Below, piece by piece: positions 25,901 through 37,400 of a stretch of 64,000 nucleotides of DNA. The stretch is taken from assembly GCF_000485595.1 (NCBI RefSeq), contig NW_014577070.1:175657-239656 (forward strand), read 5' to 3'. Made by a program: the position numbers and the translations under genes. Numbering within the stretch: the stretch's first letter is position 1; every line of letters begins with the position of its first letter. The notes under the pieces were generated by a model. It saw only the letters and a list, made by a program, of their open reading frames with translations. It did no database searches and had not been told where the DNA came from. The DNA comes from Priapulus caudatus. Taxonomy: Eukaryota.

Positions 25901-28900
25901 CAAGCAGCAATGATAGTGTCGGCTGTAAGTAAGCACTAATGATATTGTTAGCTGTAGGCAAGCAGCAATGATAGTGTCGGCTGTAAGTAAGCACTAATGA
26001 TATTGTTAGCTGTAGGCAAGCAGCAATGATAGTGTCGGCTGTAGGTAAGCACTAATGATATTGTTAGCTGTAGGCAAGCAGCAATGATAGTGTCGGCTGT
26101 AGGCAAGCACTAATTATATTGATAGCTGTAGGCAAGCAGCAATGATAGCGTCAGCTATAGGCAAGCAGCAATTATATTGTTAGCTGTAGGCAAGCAGCAA
26201 TGATGGTGTCAGATCTAAGCAGGCAGCAATGAGTGTCAGATCTAAGCAAGCAGCAATGATAGTGTCGGCTGTAGTTAAGCAGCAATGATAGTGTCGGCTG
26301 TAGTTAAGCAGCAATGATAGTGTCAGATGTAGTTAAGCAGCAATGATAGTGTCAGATGTAGTTAAGCAGCAATGATAGTGTCGGCTGTAGTTAAGCAGCA
26401 ATGATAGTGTCAGATGTAGTTAAGCAGCAATGATATCGTGTCAGAATGATAGTTTAAGGCAGCAATGATAGTGTCGCCTGTAGTTTAGCAGCAATGATAG
26501 TGTCAGATGTAGTTATGCCAGACAATGATAGTGTCAGCTGTAGTTAAGCAGCAATGATAGTGTCAGCTGTAGTTAAGCGGCAATGATAGTGTCAGATGTA
26601 GTTATAAGCAGCAATGATAGTGTCAGATGTAGTTTAAGCAGGCAATGATAGTGTCGCGTGTAGTTAAAGCAGCAATGATAGTGCTAGATGTAGTTAAGCA
26701 GCAATGATAGTGTCAGATGTATGTTNNNNNNNNNNNNNNNNNNNNNNNNNNNNNNNNNNNNNNNNNNNNNNNNNNNNNNNNNNNNNNNNNNNNNNNNNNN
26801 NNNNNNNNNNNNNNNNNNNNNNNNNNNNNNNNNNNNNNNNNNNNNNNNNNNNNNNNNNNNNNNNNNNNNNNNNNNNNNNNNNNNNNNNNNNNNNNNNNNN
26901 NNNNNNNNNNNNNNNNNNNNNNNNNNNNNNNNNNNNNNNNNNNNNNNNNNNNNNNNNNNNNNNNNNNNNNNNNNNNNNNNNNNNNNNNNNNNNNNNNNNN
27001 NNNNNNNNNNNNNNNNNNNNNNNNNNNNNNNNNNNNNNNNNNNNNNNNNNNNNNNNNNNNNNNNNNNNNNNNNNNNNNNNNNNNNNNNNNNNNNNNNNNN
27101 NNNNNNNNNNNNNNNNNNNNNNNNNNNNNNNNNNNNNNNNNNNNNNNNNNNNNNNNNNNNNNNNNNNNNNNNNNNNNNNNNATGTAGTTAAGCAGCAATG
27201 ATAGTGTCAGATGTAGTTAAGCAGCAATGATAGTGTCAGATGTAGGGAAGCAGCAATGATAGTGTCAGATGTAGTTAAGCAGCAATGATAGTGTCAGATG
27301 TAGGGAAGCAGCAATGATAGTGTCCGCTATAGATAACCCGTAAAAATATATGGCCCCATCAGATTATTTCAGTGGTTTAAATTTATGTGCATTGCCCCAT
27401 ATATGTCGTGCAGAGAGAAGTTTTGTATGAAGAATACGTAGGGGGGATTTCTGCCTCAGAGCAAAAATAACCCCCTTTCTCGAAGCTTCCCCCATCATAG
27501 TCTAAAATGTCATTAGTTGGCCAGACAATTGGCAATTCAAGCCACTGTTTGATGAATCAACTATTGTTTGTGTTACTGAATGTAAACGAGTTAATGCTAT
27601 GTCGTGGCTGCACAGCCCCACCCCTTCTTCCTCCCCATCCCTGTGGCTCTGCCATTCTTGCATCTTAAAAACTGTGGAAAACTCTAAGTTTTGTATACTC
27701 ACCTGATTTTGATTAAGGTTAAGTTCAATACATTGTAGCGTTTCTACGCCGTCCGGAACTTCTGCGATCTTATTCGACTGTAACTCCAGAACATTAAGAC
27801 AGCGCAAGCCACACAATTCCATCGGAAATCTGAAAAACAGTCAGTGTTATGTGGTTCATGTGCACTAAATTCAACATGCTCTTTCTCTTTACTCTACAGA
27901 TACATAAGGAATATGTACACTTTTTCAGAATGAAAGTGTAGATACATTGGGATACAGCTAATTCAGTCGAAGAAATAAAGTTGTGGAGGCGATGGAGTGA
28001 TGGTGGGAACAGATCACACTGTTCTCCCACATGGATTTCAGAGCATTTAGACTCACACTACTCATGTGTTGTACAATTGTGGTGCAATCTTACACATACT
28101 TGGTCAGGTTATTGTTTCCAAATGACACGATTTTCAGCGTGTTTAACTTGCAGACGGTTGGTGTGAGTCCAGTTATGTGGTTATGGCTGGCGATCAAGGT
28201 TTCAATTCTTTTTAATTTCCCAATGTTCTCAGGCAGTGAGACTAAAACGAAAAATAACAACTCATTTACAAAATGTAACTACACATGTGCATGGTTTGAC
28301 AATTCTTGTCTCAGAAGTTCAGAACATACTGTGATGGGACAATATAAATTTAAAAAAAATTTACTTAAATTTATTTACTTTGCTGATTCTAGAATTATAT
28401 ATGCATGCTCTTCTTCTCTAGTGTGATGATGATGATGATGATAAAATGGGTTGTTTCTTTTTTAGCTTGATGTGAAACTAGTAATAACCATTAACAATCT
28501 CGTACAATATTTCCCCACAGGTATCAAAATTATAAATTTACAGGTTTTTCCTATAAGAGTTATACCGAAAATCCACTATATAGTGGTTGTTGTTTTTTTT
28601 AATAAAACGACACCCTAGCTTACCAAGCCACTTATTATGTTAAAGACATGCAAACTATACATGTACAAGGAAACTGCAATATATGCCTATAAGTACATTT
28701 CTGCACCCCCTCAAACACCCGTTTCCTTAGTTTACCGCCACTAACCCATAAGGCTGACCAAACAGTTTACCATCGCATGTCTACGATTTTCACGACCTGT
28801 ACTCAGAATTTGGCTAAATCATGTTGTTCTAAGATCGCGTGAAAAGCGTGTCAGCCAAGGTGCCTGCAGGATGAATATCTGCAAGCGTGCAGGTGCAGCA

Positions 28901-30728
28901 TCTACATGACATATAACAGAAATCTCTAGACGGTTTCTTCATCATTGGTATCAGCTCACGGCAGTAGCCGTGTGATCTACGTCACCATCAAGATAAAACA
29001 CAGTATGACATCGACTATTGTTCACATTACGCTGTACACTGTGTGCCACAATACGTTAAGGCCACAATTTAAAAAAAATTTGTTTGCCCTCACGCGACCC
29101 AGGCTGAAAAGTTTGGGTAGGTATAGGTCGGCTTTTCTTTTTTTTTGAGGGCGGGGGTCTTTTTACAAATTCAGCGTGGTGTCTACATGCTCGGGTGTGC
29201 TTGTGTGGAGATACCTTTTATGTTGAATGTTTCTTTTGCTTGGTGCATATAATGTATTGCCTACAGATTTATATAATGTACAGTGATACAATTTGTTAAA
29301 AAAATAAAAATAAAAAATAATAATTTTTTGAGTCTTTTTGGCGGGTCGGTCGGGTGAGGGCAAACAAACAATATTTTTATTATGGACTAATCCAAGATCT
29401 GCACACTATAGTTATACTTGAATATGTGTAAATATCATTATAGAAACTGCTGGCTCCTCTAACATGTTATCAGTAGTCTATCAATATTGATAGACTCCTG
29501 ATGTTATGAAACCATCTCACAGGAGAATTATTATGTATCATATATATTTATACCCTGATGATCCATCTGTTTAACTTATCTACAAACATGCGTATAAATA
29601 AGCACACTTACTTACTGCAAATACATACAGCTTGCAATATTCTATGAAAGCAATGGTTTTTAGTCACGAACACTGTCAATCTGTTTTTAAATATAAACCA
29701 ATGTGAACTTAGTCATGTAGTTGTATAGTTAAAATCATACTGGCAATAATAAATCTCTTATTGAATGGTATTTTTGTACAGTCCACAACCCATAACCCCA
29801 ATTCTTACCTATGCGGTTGTTGCTTATATTTAATGACTTAAGCTGACCAAAGTCACCCATATTTGCTGGCAGATAAATTATCTTGTTCTCAGACATATCC
29901 AGGGTCCTCAGATTTCCAACCAATCTGTGCAGAGCTGGCGGAACCTAGATGAAAAAACCGTAATCACAATATTCACGGAAGTAAATCAATTAGGTCAGTC
30001 ATTTACTTGGCCAACAGGCACAATTAAAAGTCACCATGCAGTCAGATGTATTGACATGTGTTGAATGTTCTTGTATGGAAGCACTTGATTGCATAAATAA
30101 ATTTGCGAGTGACCATACATCACACATGTGTCTTAAAATGGGTTAACATCACATGGCAGTAAAATATAATGACAGGTCATGAGTGAAGGGATTCATACAT
30201 TATTTTAGGTCAGGGTCGTCTGTTGCCAGTGTTGGGAATATGGCACAGTGCTCGCTTTCAGCTTGGCTTTCAGTTTGACTTATAGTTATATATATAGTGA
30301 CTCAAATTTAGACAATATATCATGCCTGCGAGTAGATAGATAATACTAATAGTAATAGTAATACTAATAGCGATCATAATAGATTAATAATACCAAGTTA
30401 GCTGCATCGAAGAAATAACCAACATTCCAACAACAGAACAAGATTATGGCTGCAGTCAATGTTGACAGTATGTCAGTAAACGGTAATGTAATGTGTATTT
30501 CGACCTTCTATTCTAAGTAATACTAATACAGTAATAATGTATTAAAATACCCTACTAATACCTAGTAATAGTAATAAAGTAATGTGGTCAGTTGTACAAC
30601 TAGTACAAGTCATGCAAATTGAAATGAAAACGCAATAATCTTACCTCTTCTATGCCCATTTTCCCTAGTTGGCAAACACCTGTCTTCTCTGCATTTTGCA
30701 GATGCTGTTTAACCGCAGAATTGCCCAT
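22987..30728 (-). CDS. LRRC57: Leucine-rich repeat-containing protein 57. Coding exons 30645-30728, 29809-29944, 28100-28241, 27703-27829, 24135-24194 (partial or damaged), 22987-23028
   Basis: Spliced translation MGNSAVKQHLQNAEKTGVCQLGKMGIEE / VPPALHRLVGNLRTLDMSENKI... / ...IELNLNQNQ / ISKVSARLAECPRLK... / YMERYTATKKKFA* matches LRRC57 (human [21 protein letters not shown]...YMERFTATKKKFA). All junctions are GT-AG with consistent phases. About 40 aa before the last exon were not found. Confidence 0.93.
23450..23701. mobile_element. Palindromic MITE, PIF/Harbinger-like (AGCC...GGCT ends in TAA/TTA context)
   Basis: agcccggcgcacacgcgagttattttactcaag ... cttgagtaaaataactcacatgtgcgccaggct, with internal ~52-bp repeats; related termini at 63830-63900. 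Confidence 0.7.
24240..27330. repeat. Large minisatellite in an LRRC57 intron: 58-bp dimer (2 x 29 bp) grading into 29-bp monomer; contains an N gap
   Basis: Unit gctgtaggcaagcagcaatgatagtgtcg + gctgtaggtaagcactaatgatattgtta repeats to about 26200; then gatgtagttaagcagcaatgatagtgtca monomers. Confidence 0.95.
29057..29390. mobile_element. MITE with imperfect TIRs
   Basis: aggccacaat...tttgtttgccctcacgcgaccc mirrors gggtcggtcgggtgagggcaaacaaa...attatggact. Confidence 0.55.
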
Positions 30729-31174
30729 TTTCTGCACAGTGGTTTACAAATTTATACAAGCAACGACTACACACACAACACATCAATAACTCGACAATCC
30801 TTACTTTTTGCACCGAGAGGATCGCTTGACCAATGAGCAATGATGTCACTAATAACCAATAAGAAATTTCTTTACAAGGTTAACACCGCCGACGACGTTA
30901 GTAACATTTAACTTATTCATGTCAAATAATTTGTGAAAAGTAAAAACTATGTATCATATGTACTAGATGAATAACATGAAATTTTTCTAAAAACAAATCA
31001 CGGTAAATTACGATAAACTATTGCGCTGGCTTTCATGCTGAAAGTGAAACTCATTGCCACGCGAGATGGCAGCACTGACCGGCGTAACATTCAAAAACGT
31101 AATCAAAGTAGTGAGACTTGTGGAATTTAAACTTTATTGTACTTTGTAGGCCTACAGTTTATTCAAAACACGCA
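30729..31174. promoter_or_regulatory. Putative bidirectional promoter shared by LRRC57 (-) and CIP2A (+)
   Basis: Divergent start codons only 446 bp apart; CCAAT motifs near 30830 and 30856. Confidence 0.6.
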
Positions 31175-31669
31175 ATGAGCTGTAGTTCGGTGGACACCTC
31201 TGTTCGCTCCCTGTTGCAGCGTGCTTATCTCTGTATAGAACAGGGTACATCCGCTAATCAACAGAGTCTTGAGGATGAAGTCGAGGTAAACAAATGAAAT
31301 ATAGGCCTAGTCATCATCATCATGATCATCATCATGATGAACGAGATGCGGCTAGCGACAGGGCGTCATCCCTATGTTACGCATGCGCGATTAGGGTTAG
31401 GGGTTAGGGTTAGGGTTAGGGTTAGGGTTAGGATTAGGGTTAGGGTTAGGGTTAGGGTTAGGGTTAGGGTAAAATGTAAAATTCATGTTTATCAAATGTA
31501 CTTGTACATGGTTTTAGTTACATAACTCGCCGCTAGGGTGAATCGCGCATCCGTAACATAGGGATGACGCCCTGTCGCTAGCCGCATGTTGATGAACGCA
31601 ATCACATGTCGGCATAATTCGATTAGTATCACTGGCAGCGGGATCAAGTCTGCCCACCACGCTCGCGTT

Positions 31670-31702
<33 letters not shown>

Positions 31703-34423
31703 CATATACTGATATAGAGCCTAGAAGTAGAGGGTTCCGCGAATTTTCAAATTATCCACAATGCAACGCCGCCGGCCATTGACGGTTCCAGAAACTAGGT
31801 TCAGGTTTAGTTTAGGTACAAGTACATTGCCCAAGGCACTGTTCTCTGCTTATTTTATTCACCATCCATATCCAAATAAGCAAATCCATCACAACACCGC
31901 TCTCCTGCGGTGTTGTCAACTGCAGCAATCGGTATTATCAGAGAGAGCCACACAGCTTTTTCAGGTTGCCTAGCGTGATCACAACACAACTGTAAAGTGA
32001 CGCGAGACCAGGCGGACCACAGACGCTTGGAGCATTTTCAATAAAAAATCAATGCGGAGTAAACACGAAATGTATTTACTACCAATGTCTTAATGTATCT
32101 CTACTCTCTTTCGCCTAGTATTGCCGATAATTACCTGTAAATGCCGATCAAATGCTCCTCTGCAACACACAGGTACACCGCACGCACGGCGCTACACATT
32201 TACACTTATATACATATATCGCCGGCATCCAGTAGGCAGCTGTTTGAGTGGGGGTCGTGATTTCTCTTGCACGTGCAGCATACTCTACATAAAATAGCAC
32301 CGAGGCAACATGTGAACAGAATTCACCAAGCCCGGCTTTATAATTACAGTGTGCTGACATGATGCCTGTCCCATATTCTCTCATCGTGACCCATGCACGG
32401 ATAGAGAGATGGTATAATCAGAGACTGGGAGTGCATAACACGTGCTCGGATAACGTAGATAGGACTCTTACTGTTCACATGATAGATGTAGACTGATACA
32501 TCACTAACCCAACCGCAGAACAGCCAATCGTAGGCATCCAGGCTTTTGTGGTTCTGAAAGTTCTTGAGAGTATAAAATGGACTCGGCTAGAATGTTAGGT
32601 AGTCAATTCACGAGATCCATATAAGTACGCGATGGGCACAAGTTGTGGTCCTCGCTCCATTCTGTTATGGGTTTCGATTCCCAATGCATGCAATTTTCTC
32701 GAGATAGCGTGCTTTGGCTACGTTGTCTAGTGAATCAAAGTACTTGTCCATGCTATGTACACTTCAGACAGTTGGCAAATGTGCATACACCAGATATTAT
32801 AAAAAGCTGCATTTGATAGCTATATGCAGTAAAATCTGAACACTCGCGATGTAAACAAACTCAAGTCCATGAACACATGTGTTGCGTGCAATCTCCCGAC
32901 GCTAATAAACCTGCATGCAAAGCCCTGCAAATCTGGACTTGTGTAATCTCATTGAACTCTAGCAGACTAGCACCCCAACCCACGCTGATAAACCTGCCTG
33001 CAACACCCTGTAAAACCGAGTCTGCACAATCATATCGAACTCTAGCACCCCAACACGCGCTGGTAAACCTGTCTGCAAAACCGGGATTTATGCACTTACT
33101 GCTAATATAGATTACTATAATAACACTATCATATGCCAATCTATCGATGTAAAATCGGTAGATTGTGCATATTGGTAACACATGTTCGCAATTCTGGAAC
33201 CAGTATGGCTGGCAGCACGGGATTGTAGGTAATATTGCTATTTTTAGTGCAAGTCACGGAACCTTCTATAGCAATCGCAAGGTGACGAGTACCCCCTAGT
33301 GATACTTTTATATTCCCTTCACTTCCATGACATATATATATATATANNNNNNNNNNNNNNNNNNNNNNNNNNNNNNNNNNNNNNNNNNNNNNNNNNNNNN
33401 NNNNNNNNNNNNNNNNNNNNNNNNNNNNNNNNNNNNNNNNNNNNNNNNNNNNNNNNNNNNNNNNNNNNNNNNNNNNNNNNNNNNNNNNNNNNNNNNNNNN
33501 NNNNNNNNNNNNNNNNNNNNNNNNNNNNNNNNNNNNNNNNNNNNNNGTGTAAGATTGGACTGACTATGGTGCTTTCAACTGTTCTAATAGTCAGACGAAT
33601 TTGTTTCGTTTTCTAGGAAGCTTGTAAAAACCTTCCCAGAATGCACTCATCCCTTTTCAGTCAAGTTAGCATTCTCTGCACAGCGCTGATGGCAAATGCA
33701 GTTGCAAGCTCTCCAAGTTGGCAGAGCTGTATACGTCTACTGCTGTTACTGCTCATTGATATCCTTGTAAAGAAATATTGACAATAACTGTGTTACACAA
33801 CTATTGATTATGTAGAATGATGTTATTCTATCACCTCTGTCTTTTTGCATGCACATGGTAATTTTAAAATCGTTTGCAAGTAGACAACCTCGAGAATTGT
33901 GCAATTTTAATTTTCATGTTGCCTGTAAGATATATGAATCAATCAAATGCAACAACTTTGACTTTTATGATGTTCTTCTTGACAATGTTACATCTCTGGT
34001 CATCAGGCAATGCTGAGTTGCAGGAGGTTATTAAGAATAATGTGCAGCTAGAACCACTAGATAGACTGGTCACTGTCCAGTTGGATGACCACCAGAGGGC
34101 AGGAGTTGACACTCATAACTGTGAACCAGTGCAAGGAGCTGACATAGTCATCTATGCCTTGCGACTTCTACAGTTGATAGGAGAGAGAGACACGATTCAT
34201 AGCTACATGCAGGTAGAAGTCTGCCACTATCTAAATGATAACTGAAATAAGGCTAAAACAGATTCTTTCTGTATTTGTGACCATGTATGTGTAAAGAAGT
34301 AGAGAAATGAAATTAACTTTGATCATTGGCTTAAGATCTTTCTCTTCTTACTAGTTCTTGGGTAATTGTGTGTAACACTTGGGTTTAGGAGAAATGAACA
34401 AAAGTGTTTGAATTCCAACAGTA

Positions 34424-34471
<48 letters not shown>

Positions 34472-37400
34472 ATTATGTGTTCAGGAGATCACTATGCCAC
34501 GGGGACTGGGAAGGTGAAAAAGTTGTATCCACTTCATCCCTCCTCTACCTTCTCCAACCCTTCCCCTTTACTCTGACAACTTTTCTCTATCCTGAAATCC
34601 AGATGGTATGCTTCTAGATATGATCAGGATTACAGGAAGTACATAAATTTGTGTATTCCTGATAACATATTACCTAGCGTGACCAAGCCACGAGTCTAAC
34701 GTCAATATAAAGCCTGACAACCACCCATTGCAAAATATTCTACCTCTATCAAAACTCTTGAACAGCTTCATATAATTATGTGAAAACATGATCTACTAAT
34801 ATTTTACTTTTTTTCTATTAACGAAGTATTTCTATGGCAAGAGTTTAAAACCGTCTTTTAATGTATAATTGTTTCTTGGAGCTAATACTAATAGACATTT
34901 TATTGCAGTGTTCAATTTTATTTAAAAAAATTATGGCATCAGTGTCATACTTGTCTTTTTACTACTTTGTGCATGCTTGCAGCTTGTCCACAGATATCTG
35001 AGCAAGAACGATGCATGGGAGGGTGTCACTATGTCACAAAACAAGGAGCTTCTGCTGTGTCTTACTGACATCACGATCAATCCTGGGAGTGAAATAACAC
35101 TACTTGAGAAAGTGATAAGGCTCCTGCTAGGACTCAGTGAGTGAACATCCTCTGGAACTTTTAAAGTATTTAATACTTGAGTTGCAAAATGGCTGTAACT
35201 GGTTTCAACATGTTATTAAATAAATTCTGACACGTGTGTGTGCATGCGTGCGTGCGTGTGTGTGCGTGCGTGTGCATGCGTGTGTGTGCATGCGTGCATG
35301 TGCAAGCGTGCAAGTGTGTGCATGCATGCGTGCGTGTGTGTGCGAGCATTCCTGAGTGTCTAAGTGTGCATAAGTGCTAACGTTTTTATCCAAACACCAT
35401 TATTTGTATAACTATCACTCATACTTTTGCGTATAGTTTCAAGAAAGCCCTCATTTTAATATGGTTCTTATTATTGTATCCCCCGCGACGAAGTCGGCGG
35501 TGATACTATGGTTTCACGTCTCCCCAGCCGCCGCCGCTGCAGACAATTTCCCTTCCGCTCTATAACTCGCACCCCTAACTTGACTAGCGGTACCAAAACT
35601 TTGGTAGACTTACACATCTTGGGAGAAGGTGAGCAGGCGCTACCAAAAATCAGGTCACTGCAACCTTTTTTGCCTTTACCTTGACCTTGATCCATGATTT
35701 CCCCTTGCGCTCTCTAACTCTGCCCCTAAGTTCGACCTAGCGCGCTACAAGACTTGGTATACGTTACAGCATCTTGCGGAAGAAGGTGAGGCAGCCGTAC
35801 CAAAACCAGGTCACGTGCCGACCTTATTGACCTTTACCTCTGACCCATTGATCATATTTCCTTTCCCTCTTAACTCGCCGCCTATTTGGCCTAGCACTTA
35901 TCCAAATCTTGCGTATACCTACACATCTTGTGGGAGAGAAGGTGGAGGCACCGTACCAAGACTCAGGTCACTGCGATCTATTTGACCCTTGATCGATATT
36001 TCCCTTCGCCTCTCTAACTCGGCCCTCTAATGTGACGCTAGCACTACAAACTTCGTATACTTACACATCTTGGTGGAAAGGTGCGCGCAGCGTACCAAAA
36101 GCCCAGGATCACTGCGACCTTTATTTGACCTTTACCTTAGACCGCTTTGATCATATTTCCCTTCGCTCTATCAACTCGGCTAATGACCTAGCGCTACCGA
36201 ACAACCAGGTCCACTACGAACCTTTATTTCGACTTTACCTTGAGCCTTGACTCATATTTCCCCTTCCGTCATCCAACTCTCGCCGCGCTAATTTACTAGC
36301 GCTCCAAACTTGGTATACTTACACATCTTGGGAGAAGGTGCTGTGTCGCATACCAACAACCAGGTCACTACGACCTTTATCTTGTTCCTTACCTTGACCT
36401 TGATCATATTTTCCTTCCGCTCTATAACTCGGCCCTAATTGACCTAGCGCTACCAAACTTGCTATACTTACACATCTTGGGGAGAATGTGTGTGGCATAC
36501 CAAAACCAGGTCACTGCAACCTTTATTTGACATTGACCTTGACCTTGACCTTCATCATATTTCCCTTCCGCTCTATAACTCGGCCCCTAATTGACCTAGT
36601 GCGACCAAACTTCGTGTACTTACACATCTTGGGGAGAATTAACACGGGGGATACATGTAGTTGGCGACAACTGCCCTTTCTAGTTATTGTTGGTATGTTG
36701 AATAGGTGCTATAAATTAATCAAAATTATATATGTGGGCTTTCATTGTCTGGCAATTGCGCAAACACTGAAAGTATGTGCTGTACATTGTATTGTTCTTG
36801 TTCAATTTTCACGTGTGTGAAGGCAAGAGTACAGAAGTTGTCAAGGAACTCCAATCACTGCAGCTCTGCTCAATCCTTGCTCTCAAAATCACGCAGCATC
36901 CACCGACAGAGGAAATTCTTGAATTGGTACATACTGTTTTAGTTCCTGACACTCGGTATTAACTCATATAACGATAGATGATTAATATATTTGCCCGATT
37001 AGGGAATCTTGAGTGACATTCGACTTTCAGAGCACATTTGAGATTAACATTTTTGACTGTTTTTGTTCCTGCAGTGTCTTAGATTACTTGCCAAAATCTC
37101 GTACAAAGATACTCAGGGCATCACATGTGTGGCCGAACTTATAGACACACTGGCATCTTTCATGTATGTATGCTGAAACATAGCCATTATGTGTTGAGGA
37201 AATTGGTATTTATTGTAAATTGGCATTTCTCTGAGTGCATATATCAACTATAAAAATGTCATTCTGTGCAATGGTTGGAGAAAATGTGTTGGTTGATTCC
37301 TAGTTGTTCCAGTTTCCCTCCTGATTCCTGGTTTTTTCCTAGAACCATAGCTGATATTCTCTATTTTTGTTGCGATAAATATGTCTCAATATAGGTTACT

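Noticed and set aside
26704..27201. Long X-rich ORFs (also 33299-33616, 47979-48310, 60377-61282)
   Set aside because: Artefacts of translating N gaps.
24240..27330. Regular repeat arrays (also 51075, 54507, 57278, 61270) as CRISPR arrays or repeat-protein ORFs
   Set aside because: No unique spacers and no cas genes; eukaryotic intronic or intergenic context. The ORFs are by-products of tandem repeats.
31391..31470. TTAGGG tracts as chromosome-fusion relics or true telomeres
   Set aside because: Each is enclosed by TIRs and a 9-bp TSD.
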